A DNA stretch of 63,820 bases, filler included, from Octopus bimaculoides (taxonomy: Eukaryota): NCBI RefSeq assembly GCF_001194135.2. It is 5 parts of 5 records of this genome, joined end to end, with 100 filler letters (N's around TTAATTAATTAA, not from the genome) between each part and the next. Parts side by side here need not be neighbours in the genome. Positions count along the whole stretch, not along the records: positions 1 to 23,272 come from NC_068996.1; 4 more parts are not named here. One strand, 5' to 3'. A program made the position numbers and the translations under genes. Below the pieces are notes generated by a model that was not told the DNA's origin, did no database searches, and saw only the letters and a list, made by a program, of their open reading frames with translations. This document shows, in pieces, positions 1-14,220 of this stretch (position 1 is the stretch's first letter; every line of letters begins with the position of its first letter).

Positions 1-36
1 TGATTGAACGCCACGCAGTCATTTGCAAGTGAGTTG

Positions 37-50
37 ATCTATTTATCTAT

Positions 51-114
<64 letters not shown>

Positions 115-173
115 ATACATACATACATACATACATATATATATACACACAAACGCACATACACGCTCACGCT

Positions 174-218
<45 letters not shown>

Positions 219-225
219 ACACAAT
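37..225. repeat. Compound microsatellite (TATC)n-(TACA)n-(CA)n
   Basis: Directly visible; explains the first ORFs in the track. Confidence 0.95.
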
Positions 226-463
226 TCTGACAGATATTTTCTCTCTCCTCTTTTTTCTCTCTCTCCGTTGTCTTCTTTATCCTTTTCTATCAAAGAACGT
301 AGATTCGCAACGTCAAAGACATCCATTTTCCTTCGAGCAACGGACTAATACACCTTGTTTGTTGTTCCCTCCCCTGTCTCTGTCTTCTACTTTTGCAAAT
401 TTGAACAATATATACATGTTTGTGTGTGTATGTATGTTTCAGATTATACTTATCCTTTCCATA

Positions 464-522
464 GACTGACAGCCGGTGTGGGTTTGTTTACGTCCCCGTA
501 AGTTTGTGGTTCGGCCAAAAGC
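464..522 (+). mobile_element. SINE family B internal fragment
   Basis: tttacgtccccgtaag..gtggttcggccaaaag matches the copies at 12600-12650, 45895-45950 and 52944-52980. Confidence 0.65.
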
Positions 523-848
523 AGTTTGCATTTCCCACTTGGCTGAGGGCTGTGAGCATCTGATGAAATTCTGGATACCAAGCACTCCACTTTGTTACTT
601 TCTCGAGCCGTTGAGCCGCTCAGTGCTCTGAGCAGTGCAGGAGAACCTAAAGCTAAAAAAAAAAAAAAGACAGAAAAAACTTCAGCCCCCAGGACTGCAT
701 CATCACCAACAGCATTCCAAGTTCTCCACCCAGCGGACGTTGACAACGAATTAAACGTCTGACCGGTGGAAAGCACAGTCTGACCACTGGACTACAGAAA
801 GCAGGACGACAGGCACTCCAGTCCGGTGAACCATGAAGTGAAACGGAG

Positions 849-1230
849 CTAATATTTGATGGAAGTGATGTAAGCGTCTGCCACCTCCGACCAATCTTTC
901 AGGAATAGCTTCCTCTCAGCCAATATCTGGCTGAGATTGGCCGTTCTACTTGTCACACATTCCAGTTTTTTCCTCTTGGAGATCTGTGTCAAACAAATTT
1001 TACTGTCCGCCGTCAAGTGCGCCTCAAAGCTTATGGATGGCACGGGCAACTCACTGACTTTGTTGGTTAATTTCGTTCCTGTCACCACCTCATCTTTCCT
1101 TAGCGCAATGCTTGGTACTGGGCCTGTAAAGGTGACGCCGTCCACGTATGACAAAGGATTCCAGTTCATGCGGGAAATCGTTCACTGTCGTTAGTTTCCT
1201 CAGCTGCATTCATGGGCAAGTACATACAGA
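849..1230 (-). pseudogene. Possible decayed L1/Tx1 ORF2 C-terminus
   Basis: 106-aa ORF ending ERKLFLKDWSEVA, resembling the C-terminus of Tx1-type ORF2 as I recall it; frameshifted CP..EET zinc-knuckle-like remnant just upstream. Weak similarity only. Confidence 0.3.
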
Positions 1231-2167
1231 AGAGACGGAAAGGAACAATCTCGTCAGAAAGAATACATGATGCTGAATGGCTTCGATAGGTGATCATTCA
1301 ATCACCGGACAAATGTCACCGAACAGCACAGCGATTCAGCCCCTGCAGTTAAAATTTTCTGTGAAAAGTAGCGCATTTATCAGCCGTCTTGTTATAATTC
1401 GATATTGCTGTTGTTGTCACTGCTGCTGCAGTGATCATTGTAGTAATATTATTTGGAAATAGGACGAGATTCAGTTGACTTATATGTAGGCTGTCTGCGA
1501 TGATGTTGCTATTATGGTTTTGCTGCCCGTCACTTAGCTGTTGCACTTTGGTAGTATTATTTTATAATATTATTCCTGTTGTGATTGTTGCCTCTACTGC
1601 TGAACGTGTAACTGTTGATTTAGTTGTTGTTATTTTCCTTCACTTTACAAGTTTGTCGCCATCATTTTTGTCCCTACCATTGCTCTCTTCGACCGATAAA
1701 GCCAGGTAATTTTTTCGTCGACATAACGATCTAGAAGTTCATTGTTGTTGGAGATGGTATTGTTCTTGTTCATAATGGTGTCATTATCGGTGGCTATGCG
1801 GTTGCTGCTGCACTTCGAGAACTTTTACTTCAAACTATTACTCACCCTCTCCCCACACTCTCTGGGTAACAAAGTTTTCAAGGCAAGCGATAGCTTTAGC
1901 GCTGTTGTTGATATCACATGTCATGGCTATATCCTACCGCTTCTCCTTCATCAATGTCAAGCTTGCCGATGTTTTAAATACTATGTTTCTCTGATGACTG
2001 CAACAAACAAGAGTAATTGATGTATATTCTTTGATTCAGTAGATACTGAGAGTTTCAAAAACTGTCTTGCAAATGCCGTAGGATTTGCAATAAATGAATA
2101 ATTAGCATTTTCATCGGAGAAATTTACGAAAATGAGAGTAAACTTATGGAGTATTAATCTTTATGAA

Positions 2168-2257
2168 CGGATAAAAGGCAAAGTCGGCCTCGGGGGAATG
2201 TGAACTCAGAACGTAACGACGGACGAAATGCCGCTAAGCATGTTACACGGCGTGCTA
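2168..2257 (-). mobile_element. SINE family A (head/central part, cut by gap)
   Basis: Reverse complement matches tagcacgcc..aaatgcttagcggcatttcgtc..gttctgagttc..ccgaggccgactttgcctttt of the copy at 3641. Confidence 0.8.
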
Positions 2258-2469
2258 NNNNNNNNNNNNNNNNNNNNNNNNNNNNNNNNNNNNNNNNNNN
2301 NNNNNNNNNNNNNNNNNNNNNNNNNNNNNNNNNNNNNNNNNNNNNNNNNNNNNNNNNNNNNNNNNNNNNNNNNNNNNNNNNNNNNNNNNNNNNNNNNNNN
2401 NNNNNNNNNNNNNNNNNNNNNNNNNNNNNNNNNNNNNNNNNNNNNNNNNNNNNNNNNNNNNNNNNNNNN

Positions 2470-2625
<156 letters not shown>

Positions 2626-3355
2626 TGTTACATAAAAGTAAAACAATGGTGAAAAGAAACTCCATTGAAAACACAAGCGTGACAGATGTTTAGTTTGTTC
2701 AGCTCTGTTGGTTAGACAATCTTTTGATAAGAATAATAAAACATAAAAATAAATATAAATATACAAAGCAAATGAATGAAACAAACAAAACGAAGAACAG
2801 CTATGAAGTCGAAACTCTTCTCTACAGACTGAACTATTCTGCTCAGACAATCTGTTCCATATAATATTTCATACTATAACCCCTCCTACTTCCCTCTCCC
2901 TTTCCTCTCCCTTCCCTCTACATTTTACTTCTTATAACAAAGATCCCTTTCACACTACTCATTATTGTATTTCAAACTCTTATCGACATTCCCTCTTTCT
3001 CTCTTCACTTATATATCTATCATTCTTTTTCTTTTATTTTCCATAACACTGTCTTCTCTCTAACACTTTATATTTCCACTGTCTTCTAAACTCGCTCTCC
3101 CCCCCTCTCTCTCTCTCTCATTTTTTTCTATTGCAGTCATTTTTTCCCCTAAGTTATCCTTGCTGTTTACCTACCATCTTCATTTGTTCCTCTAACATTT
3201 ATTTCGTTCAACGTAACTGGTACTCTCTTTTACTTTACCTGATATGTTTCTCACTCTTTCCTCCCTCCCTGTAATTCTAGCTTTCTGTCTCATTTATTTA
3301 TTTATTTCTTATCAATCTCTCTAACACTCATTATATTCTTTCTCTCCCTCCTTCA

Positions 3356-3407
<52 letters not shown>

Positions 3408-3570
3408 TCACTCTGTCATTCTCATGACTTTACTGCATCTGTATTTCTATAATAATTCTGTCTTTCAATCGCTCTTATTTGCTCTCTTTCTCTTGAACAG
3501 TTTATCGTTTTAACAAATGCAACGACCTTATTTATAAATATCTGAATGCTCTTCTAAATGCTGTCAGAAT

Positions 3571-3996
3571 TGCTAGCACGCCAGGCGAAAAGCTTAGCGG
3601 CATTTCGCCTGTCTTTACTTTCGTAGTTCAATTTCCTCTTAAGGCGGAGAGTTGGCAGAAACGTTAGCACGCCAGGCGAAACGCTTAGCGGTATTTCGTC
3701 TGTCTTTACGTTCTGAGTTCAAATTCCTCTGAGGTCGACTTTGCCTTTCATCCTTTCGGGGTCGATAAATTAAGTACCAGTTGCGTACTGGGGTTGTTCT
3801 AACCGACTGGCTCACTCCCCACAAATTTCGGGCCTTGTGCCTAGAGTAGAAAAATAAAGTTCAATCTCCCTTGAGATCGACTTTGTCTTCCATCCTTTCA
3901 GGATCGATGAAATAAGTACCAGTTGAGCACTAGAGCGATGTAATCGACTAGCCCCTCCCACAAAGATTCAGGCCTTGTGCCTGTAGTAGAAAGAAT
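3571..3996 (+). mobile_element. Older SINE A split by insertion of a younger SINE A
   Basis: Head at 3571-3640 and central/3' part at 3858-3996; the two halves join into one element when 3641-3857 and one TSD copy are removed. Confidence 0.75.
3641..3857 (+). mobile_element. Full-length tRNA-derived SINE A
   Basis: aaggcggagagttggcagaaacgttagc (A box), gagttcaaattcc (B box), central gaggtcgactttgcctttcatcctttcggggtcgataaattaagtaccag, tail gggccttgtgcctagagtagaaaa; degenerate TSD agttcaatttcctctt / agttcaatctccctt. Confidence 0.9.
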
Positions 3997-4064
3997 CATC
4001 ATCATTATTATTATTATTATTATAATGATTATTATTATTATTATCATTATCATTATCCTTATTA

Positions 4065-4104
<40 letters not shown>

Positions 4105-4629
4105 CATTATTATTATAACCATCATCGCTCTTATTATCGTTTCTTGTGGACGTACATCGTATCGGCTCCCGAAGGTTTCTTAAATCTTGTTGAATGCAAT
4201 TTGCAACAGTAAATTTCAGTTAAAATATTGAAGTACCCCTGTCTCAGTGGGAAGGGAGGAGACTGTCAGATTGTGTCCTAGAGGGGAGAATATCTGCAAT
4301 ATTTTATTTGCAATCGTCTCTTTCTTTTCTCTGTTGGAATTATAGCATTAGTAATGCCAGCTATCATATTCAGTAACAAGGTATGAGAAAGAGCGACTCA
4401 TACCACTAACAGCTTCGTTACAGAAGATTTGCTTGAGCGTAACAGCAATGGTAATGACAACAGTAGGAACAGTAAGGATAAGGTTTTTAACAATCAGAAC
4501 ACTATCACAAGATAATTGCTCCACGAGCAACAGCAAAAGGAGCGGCATTAAAAATAGTAAAACAGTAGCAACAGTACGAACGACAGCGAGAAAATAAGTT
4601 GAGATGGCGACTCCACAGACAGGCAAACT

Positions 4630-5045
4630 TTTGCGAAGCTGGTGGCGAAATGATCACACCAATTCTCGCTTTCTTTAAACGATAAGGACACCTACTGACA
4701 AAGGAGTGGCTCATTTTGTTAGGATGAATGGGAGGAGAGCATAAATTGCAATCCCAGTCGAGATTTTGGTTGTAACGTCTCAGAATATGCAGTTGTATTG
4801 CTGCATATCAGCAAAAACCGACTCTTAGAAGCAGTAACATGCATCCAAGTGGAAAGTCTTCGAAGAAATGTGAGCAACTGCACATATTGTAACCAGGACA
4901 AAGCAGTTCGGGAGGTTCGTACTGAAGAACTTCCTTTCCCCATACAACGCAGAGAACTCACCATCTATCCAATATATTTAGGGAGAAGGACTTGTCGTAT
5001 TATGATAGAGAGAATCCTGCCTAGGCTGCAAAATCAGAGGTGAGA
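4630..5045 (+). pseudogene. Decayed L1/Tx1-type ORF1 fragment
   Basis: Translation includes LHISKNRLLEAV...TIYPIYLGRRTCRIMIERILP, resembling the 'PxYxGRRxxRIxIxxIPP' segment I recall from Tx1 ORF1 proteins; stops and frameshifts present. Confidence 0.4.
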
Positions 5046-7579
5046 AACGCCAATTTATCTTAATTCTGTGGAGACAGGTATTTCGTCCCTCCGGCTGATT
5101 GTAGTGGTTTCTACGAGCAGTTCTTTACGCAGTTACCCTGAAGCCCCCTTCAACCTGGTTTGAAGTAATGCGCCCTAATTAGAGTCTTTTAGTCGACAAG
5201 TGTCAATACCTATTTGTTTTCGTTTCAATTTGGTCTAAAATGTGTAGCGGTTTATTAAACGTAGATTTTTTTCGCTTTTCCTGAATTCTGATACTTTTTG
5301 TCTCGTGAGATAATATCGAAAACTTTGGTGATCTTGCTAAAGTAGATATTTTTTTTATTACGTCTTCACTACTGCTACTATTGTTGTTAGTCTCATCTTT
5401 GTCACTGGGGTGGTGGTGGTGGTGGTGGTGGTGGAGGCACTTTCGCTACTGCAGCTTGTTGCTATAGTGGAGGTAGCAATGCAAGATTTTCTAATGCTGG
5501 TAATTCTGTGAGTTTCTTTGCTTAACATGTCATTCGTCTTGCTTTTGTGCAAAAATTACTACTACACCTGGAAGGATTTGACTAATATTGGTGGGGTGCG
5601 GGTCAGTTTAAATCATCCGACGGCTGTTCTATGAGTAATCCGTATTTGTCCTGACTTCAGAGGCTGAATCGCTATAATGTACAGTAGCATCTTTTCAGTA
5701 GTCAATCAAGACAGCCGCTGCTAGGAATAATTTTACCTAACACAGTAGACATGTCAAGGGTTCTCCCTTATCTCCCTTTTCCCATTCCTTCGTCTACAAT
5801 TTGATGCTGGTATCAAAACGTGTGTGCATATATGTGTGTGTGGCCCCAAATCTAGAAATGTACCAACGTAATAAATCACTAATAATTGGACAGTGGAAAA
5901 GCAGCAACTTCCGTTATGTTTTGAGTAAATGAGTTCAGACTTGAGCTAACTACGAATATATTTAATCTGGATCAGTAGCAATACTTTACTATTATTATTA
6001 CTATTAATACAATTATAACTATTATTAATTGCAGTACCCTTGACCAGGAGGCAAGTTTCTCGATACTGCGACGCAGTTTCAATTCCTAATAAAGTTTTTT
6101 TTCTTGTTATAGCTGGTATTGATACAACACCGTAAATATTCGTACGGTAGGGTACCAGTATAATATTAGGACAATCCTGTACTATACCGGAACCTGACGA
6201 TAGGTCGAGTTGACAACAATAGAATATTAACAGGATGAAACTAAATTCCTCAAGATGTTTGTCCACGACCTCATCTCTTCTTTTAAAGTACATTTATATT
6301 GGCATCGATTTTCTCCAAAATCCCAACAAAAGAGAGGTAGTAGTCTAAAGCATGCGACAAACCCCAGTACTTACTGAAAAATTATTTTGTCATCCCGAAA
6401 GGATGACGGTGATTTGGAAAGTAGAGGAACGCAAATAAATACCACAAGGTATTTTTGTCTCATACTGCTGTAATTCTGCCATGCTTCACTTAGTACTACT
6501 ACTAAGTTCTAATTATTCTTGCTTATTAACATTTACATGAGTTTCTTGGCGGTTTTCTAGTTTATATAACACGTGTATAGTCGCCATTTTTACAAGTAGG
6601 ATTACAGTGTCCATTTAATGAAGAATCAAAATATATAAAATGGTGAAATATGACAGGAAAACAAAATACAAAGTTAAAACAATTTAAGGAAATTCCCAAG
6701 TAATAAAATAGTGAAATATGGAAGAACATTAATTTCTTCTTACGTGAACAATATTTTTTCATTTATTACAAATAATTGCTATAATGATATTGTCATAACA
6801 ATGAAAATTAGCATAAGATTCTGTCGAGCGAAATTGAGAAAGATGTGAAGAATGTAAGTTTAAATAAAAAGTGATATCAGAGAATGATAAATAGGTAGAG
6901 AGGGGGGAGGTGGGCAGAGAGTTCTGAGCAAGGAGAGTGTAAAAGGGAAAACAAAAGCGATATNNNNNNNNNNNNNNNNNNNNNNNNNNNNNNNNNNNNN
7001 NNNNNNNNNNNNNNNNNNNNNNNNNNNNNNNNNNNNNNNNNNNNNNNNNNNNNNNNNNNNNNNNNNNNNNNNNNNNNNNNNNNNNNNNNNNNNNNNNNNN
7101 NNNNNNNNNNNNNNNNNNNNNNNNNNNNNNNNNNNNNNNNNNNNNNNNNNNNNNNNNNNNNNNNNNNNNNNNNNNNNNNNNNNNNNNNNNNNNNNNNNNN
7201 NNNNNNNNNNNNNNNNNNNNNNNNNNNNNNNNNNNNNNNNNNNNNNNNNNNNNNNNNNNNNNNNNNNNNNNNNNNNNNNNNNNNNNNNNNNNNNNNNNNN
7301 NNNNNNNNNNNNNNNNNNNNNNNNNNNNNNNNNNNNNNNNNNNNNNNNNNNNNNNNNNNNNNNNNNNNNNNNNNNNNNNNNNNNNNNNNNNNNNNNNNNN
7401 NNNNNNNNNNNNNNNNNNNNNNNNNNNNNNNNNNNNNNNNNNNNNNNNNNNNNNNNNNNNNNNNNNNNNNNNNNNNNNNNNNNNNNNNNNNNNNNNNNNN
7501 NNNNNNNNNNNNNNNNNNNNNNNNNNNNNNNNNNNNNNNNNNNNNNNNNNNNNNNNNNNNNNNNNNNNNNNNNNNNNNN

Positions 7580-7587
7580 CCTCCTCC

Positions 7588-7665
<78 letters not shown>
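7580..7665. repeat. (ATC)n microsatellite
   Basis: Directly visible, abuts a gap. Confidence 0.95.
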
Positions 7666-7666
<1 letters not shown>

Positions 7667-8289
7667 TAAATTATTTATTACTACGGTCGCATTCGATATT
7701 ACTGTTGTTGCTCTTCGTTATTGTTCATCGTTTTCTGTCTCAACTTTCATTTCCTCTTTTTTTTCTTCTGTGGAATCTACAAATTTCTGCATTTCTGTTT
7801 GCACCTCCCATCTATCTTGTTATTGTTATTTTAATTTTCCTCCTCCTCTTCCTTCTCCATCTCCATCTCCTTCCCCTCCTTCTCTCCTCCTCCTCCTCGT
7901 TTTCATCTTTCTCTTCTTCTTTCTCTTTTTCTTTCTCTTCTTCTTCTCTTCCTCTCTTTAACCACCGCCTATTGCACCGTCTTTCATAATTTCCATCTCA
8001 TTTTCCTCACCCTTTCTCCTCTTCCTTTTCTCTCTCCTTCTTCTCTTTCTCTCTCTGCATGTCTTACTCTCTTCCGCACTAATTACTGGTAATTTTACAG
8101 AACTCTACAATTCTTTCTTCACTAGTTTCCTGCTGCGTCTATTTAACCATAGTTTATTTTCTTTCTCTTCTACCATCGATATCAACATTTCTTCCATCTC
8201 TTCTTCCACTAAATCTCTTTCTCCTTCATCATACCAACACCACTGAGCTTCTGCTGTCATCATGTTTTTCAATTCCCTTTCTTTCTCTA

Positions 8290-8356
8290 CAGAATAATAA
8301 TGAAAACAATAGCAACAGCGGCAATAACAATAATAATTATGATGATGATAACAACA

Positions 8357-8448
<92 letters not shown>

Positions 8449-8463
8449 TAATAATAATAAAAA

Positions 8464-8500
<37 letters not shown>

Positions 8501-8534
8501 GTTGTTGTTGTTGCTGTTGTTTTTGTTGTTATCA

Positions 8535-8566
<32 letters not shown>

Positions 8567-8600
8567 GTTGTTGTTGTTGCTGTTGTTTTTGTTGTTATCA

Positions 8601-8683
<83 letters not shown>
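8290..8683. repeat. (AAT)n followed by (ATT)n with a 66-bp higher-order duplication
   Basis: Directly visible; the block ..gttgttgctgttgtttttgttgttatcatca occurs twice. Confidence 0.9.
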
Positions 8684-9616
8684 AGACTCTTTTTTTTTTA
8701 TTTCACCAGCGACATTTCTCGACTGAACGTTTTTCGCTTTATTCCATTCATTGCTGTAGTGACATTTTATCGCTTTTTGGCATCTCTTCTGTTTTCAAAA
8801 GAACTCAGGCGCTTATCACAAAACGATATCACGTGCTTCCTCTTTCTATGCGGAAGACGAAAAGCAAATAACTAACAACAAAAAAAAAGTGTACATATTT
8901 ACACCTGCACATATATAAACTGATATACACACATATATACACACACATACACACACATATACGCACGCATACACACATATTTGCTTATATGTGTATGCAT
9001 ATATATATGTGTGTGTGTGTATGTACGTATATATATGGTAATAATATATATATAGAAAGAGAGCAAGAGGGATAAATATATATACATACAAAGATATGTA
9101 TATATATACGCATTTATATATCTAATATAGATAATACATACATATATATATATATATGCATACATATATGTAAGTATACATGCATACAAGTTTACATATT
9201 GTATATGCATGTATCCATTAACGTGTGTGTGAGGATCTGCGTGCATGCGCGTGTGTATGTACATACATACTTCCACATACACACACATATATGTATACGT
9301 ACTTAAATATATAAATACATGCATACACACATATGTATACACACACGCACTCACCAATACATACATTGCATGGAACGAAAGAAATGATAAAAGAATTTGA
9401 AAAATATATAGTCAAAATAACATATAAGGAAAAAAATACGAAAAATTCAACATGGTAAGCTAATAAATAAATATCCATATATACATGACTGTTGTATAAA
9501 GAGAAGAAAAATATTACTGCTAGTACTATTACTACGAATAATACTGAAGGTGATGGAAACGGTGACAGTAATAACAAAAAGAATAATTGTTATAAAAATA
9601 TAGCACATGATCGACT

Positions 9617-9695
<79 letters not shown>

Positions 9696-10991
9696 TGAAG
9701 GAAAGAAAAAGAAATATACATGTGTGAACATATACACGCAAACATGCACGCACACACACAATATACAAGTAAGGTAAAATAACTAAACAAACACGGAGCT
9801 CTCCAGCATTGAAGTGACGAAAGGATGCATCCTTAAGCGACACTGATTGGATCGGATATCGCTTTTCAGCAGAGAACGTCAATAAAAGTCGATTTTGGAG
9901 ATGGCAAGATTTGCAGTATTTTCCAACGCATCAACGTCCCTTTTGGACTTTTTAGCTTTCTACTTTACTTTTTTAGCTTTCTGCTTTATCTTCGCCCTCT
10001 CACCACCCACCCCTCTACATCTTTCTTTATGTGTATATATTTACACACACATGCACACTCACAAAGAATACACATACATATATTTATAATTGCCTACATA
10101 TATGTATATACGTACATATACATACATATATTATCATCAACATTATCATCATCATATCATCATCATCAGCATCATCATCATTATTATTATTGTTATTATT
10201 GTTATTATTATTATTAGTATGAGCTCAAATGTATATATAAAAGTATGTATCGGTGTATGCATATTCATAGAGATCCATAAATACAGATAAAGTTATACTA
10301 GAATGTATGTCAATAATACATATGTATATCTATATCTAGTTATAAATATGTATCCGTTTGTGTAGATACGAATGTTGTTTACATACTCATTTATAAACAG
10401 AAACACGCGCGCACGCGTACACACGCATTTATATACTTATACTTACCTATAATCGATGTGTGTGTGTTTATGTATGCATATATGTATGTGTGTGTATGTG
10501 TGTCAGTGCATACATACATATATACACATATATATGTATATATATGTGATTCCGATATAGATATAAACTTATGTATATTTCCCTTTCTCTACCTTTATCA
10601 CACTATATACTTACATATGTAAGTATATATGTATTCATATATAGTTGTGTATGTATAAGATAGTTTATAAGTGAGTGAGTTTGTTTAATGGAGATTTATC
10701 TTTATTTTTTCATAGATTATGAACGTGTTACATAAATGTTGTATGTTTAAGTCATAATTTTTTCCCCACAAAGACGCGGCTTGGTGTTCAAAGCCTCTGG
10801 TGCAAATATATGCATACTGACATTTTTTTACATATTTTATTTGTGTTCTCTCTGCTCCACCCCGTCTTATTTTTCTTTTCATTTTATATCTTTTCTGTCT
10901 TTTCCTCTTTATCCTCTCTAATTTCTTTCGTGTATACTCTCTATGGTTTTCTTTCCTTCGCTTTCAGTTTTCTTTATTCGCGGAACATTTC

Positions 10992-11022
<31 letters not shown>

Positions 11023-12052
11023 GAAATAGAAAGCCCTACTGCATTACAAAAACACTATCGGAAACAATCTTAACAACACCTCTTCTTAAGATGGGTTATC
11101 GAAGAATATTCTATGAAAGTATAATAGCTATTAGGATTAGCCTAGAGGTGATGGAAACTTGAAAAATAAGGACCATGTTAAAACAAGTCAGAGCAAGAAA
11201 AACATACTTTTTCTTTTCGGCATTTTTTCTTTTTCATTTCTATCACAAAATAAACAAGAAAATAGATAAAAATCAAACACAAAAGACAGAAAAAAGGTGT
11301 AAAATTTGTTGTTATGGCGATCGTTTTGAAGAAATTGTAAAAACTTATGTAACAACTGTTTTTTTCCCCTCTATCTTTTACGCTGATAAATAGAAATTAT
11401 TTGTACTTCACATTTGTAATCAGCAGACATGAAATAACAGATTCAAATTGATATCATTCTGATCGTCAGAAAATCATCATGATTACCACCATCACCACCA
11501 CCACCACCACCAGCAGCACCACCACCACCACCACTGCCGCCACCACCGCCGCCGCCACCACCACCACNNNNNNNNNNNNNNNNNNNNNNNNNCCACAACC
11601 ATTGTTGTTTTTGTTGCGTATATTATTGTCGTCCGCTGTTTTATTTTGTTATTGTTTTTGTTTTGTTTTTGTTTCTGTTATTATTATCATCATCATCATT
11701 GTCATCATCAGCAGCATCAGCATCTTCTTTGTCAATAATTTCGCCATCATCTTTATGATATTTTTTAACCTTCTTGATTAAAGAATTGTTTATATAACAA
11801 AACTTTTGAGTATATGTCTCTAAGGGCAAAGAATATTTTCCAAGATTGTGTAACTCTCTTCACCCTTGTAGGTGTTTCTAGAAATCAGAAGATAATGAAA
11901 AATTAAGGTTTTAAGTTTTCTTCAAATATTCGTGGCCTGTAGGGCAAGTAAATCTTGATTGTTGTATGTATTAGGCCAGATTCAACGTCTTCAAAGTAAT
12001 TCTCTACAAGCATCACCTACAGAAGCTGCATCGTTATTTCCATCATATTTGA

Positions 12053-12140
<88 letters not shown>

Positions 12141-12233
12141 GGTATAATGATTACAGACATATAAGCATCATAACCAGTATCACCACCACCAACATCAGCA
12201 TCTTCATTATCAGTGATTATATACATATCATTG

Positions 12234-12292
<59 letters not shown>

Positions 12293-12361
12293 AACATACA
12301 CATACACATACATGCCTATATTTTTATCTGTATCTATCTATCTATATATATATATGTATAT

Positions 12362-12681
12362 AGGCGCAGGAGTGGCTGTGTGGTAAGTAACTTGCTTACC
12401 AACCACATGGTTCCAGGTTCAGTCCCACTGCGTGGCACCTTGGGCAAGTTTCTTCTACTATAGCCTCAGGCCGACCAAAGCCTTGTGAGTGGATTTGGTT
12501 GGCGGAAACGGAAAGAAGCCCGTCGTATATATGTATGTATATATATATGTGTGTGTGTTTGTGTGTCTGTGTTTGTCCCCCCACCATCGCTTGACAACCG
12601 ATGCTGGTGTGTTTACGTCCCCGTAACTTAGCGGTTCGGCAAAAAGAGACCGAAAGAATAAGTACTAGGCTTACAAAGAAT
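12362..12681 (+). mobile_element. SINE family B (tRNA head, CORE-like domain, internal TA/GT microsatellite, 3' half), cut by gap
   Basis: aggcgcaggagtggctgtgtggtaag (A box), ggttcagtccc (B box), ggcaccttgggcaag (CORE-like), then gctggtgtgtttacgtccccgtaacttagcggttcggc. Confidence 0.85.
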
Positions 12682-13812
12682 NNNNNNNNNNNNNNNNNNN
12701 NNNNNNNNNNNNNNNNNNNNNNNNNNNNNNNNNNNNNNNNNNNNNNNNNNNNNNNNNNNNNNNNNNNNNNNNNNNNNNNNNNNNNNNNNNNNNNNNNNNN
12801 NNNNNNNNNNNNNNNNNNNNNNNNNNNNNNNNNNNNNNNNNNNNNNNNNNNNNNNNNNNNNNNNNNNNNNNNNNNNNNNNNNNNNNNNNNNNNNNNNNNN
12901 NNNNNNNNNNNNNNNNNNNNNNNNNNNNNNNNNNNNNNNNNNNNNNNNNNNNNNNNNNNNNNNNNNNNNNNNNNNNNNNNNNNNNNNNNNNNNNNNNNNN
13001 NNNNNNNNNNNNNNNNNNNNNNNNNNNNNNNNNNNNNNNNNNNNNNNNNNNNNNNNNNNNNNNNNNNNNNNNNNNNNNNNNNNNNNNNNNNNNNNNNNNN
13101 NNNNNNNNNNNNNNNNNNNNNNNNNNNNNNNNNNNNNNNNNNNNNNNNNNNNNNNNNNNNNNNNNNNNNNNNNNNNNNNNNNNNNNNNNNNNNNNNNNNN
13201 NNNNNNNNNNNNNNNNNNNNNNNNNNNNNNNNNNNNNNNNNNNNNNNNNNNNNNNNNNNNNNNNNNNNNNNNNNNNNNNNNNNNNNNNNNNNNNNNNNNN
13301 NNNNNNNNNNNNNNNNNNNNNNNNNNNNNNNNNNNNNNNNNTATATATACATAATAAAGGGATCAGCAAATATTTGCTTCACCATATACCGAAGTTCAGA
13401 AATAGCAGCTAAAAAAGCTGAGACTCCAACAGATAGCATTACTTGTAACTCACAAAGGCAAAAACAAGAAGAAAAAAACAATGAAAACTAACCATTCCGA
13501 AGTTAATCGCAGACGATTAATAAATTGATAAACCTTTACCCTTTTAATTTGTAATATATATATATATACATACATATATACACATATATATACACACATT
13601 ATTATTTGTTTCTTTTATGTGGAGTTGCAATAAAAACAATTTTACATTAAATTGAAGAATTACTCGATATGTTTTATAGAGTACAAAATCATTATTCTTT
13701 AACATGAATAGTAATTTCGAAATTTCCGTATGTTTGGCCTTCACTGCGCACAAGCCGATCACTGTCACACTAATTATGTCAATGAATAATGAATATCTAT
13801 ATACATATGTGT

Positions 13813-13817
13813 GTGTA

Positions 13818-13893
<76 letters not shown>

Positions 13894-13909
13894 CATCTAT
13901 CCATCTATC

Positions 13910-13980
<71 letters not shown>

Positions 13981-14085
13981 GTCTGTCTGTCTGTCCGTCT
14001 GTCTGTCTACCTGCCAGTCTGCCTGTCTCTCTGCATGTTTGCCTGCCTGCCTGCCTGCCTGTCTGCCTGCCTGTCTGTATGTCTC
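13813..14085. repeat. Graded tetranucleotide array TATC>TGTC>TGCC
   Basis: Directly visible. Confidence 0.9.
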
Positions 14086-14220
14086 TTTATTGTTGACTTA
14101 ATAATTTGTAAACTTTCGATCGAACATGAATACATTTTTGGAGGGAACAGTTGTTCTCGAAGCACATAAATGCATTAAATAAAAGCATGCAAATATTGAT
14201 TTGAAAATCCTTTCATGACT

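Noticed and set aside
6190-6245. CTGACGA..GAAAC and other CUGANGA hits (561, 19830, 28544, 42165, 34996, 54474) as hammerheads
   Set aside because: No stem II closure, GAAA or stem I pairing; several lie in coding remnants.
9790-9960. Unique GC-richer patch as an exon
   Set aside because: No frame with both good splice sites and a recognisable product.
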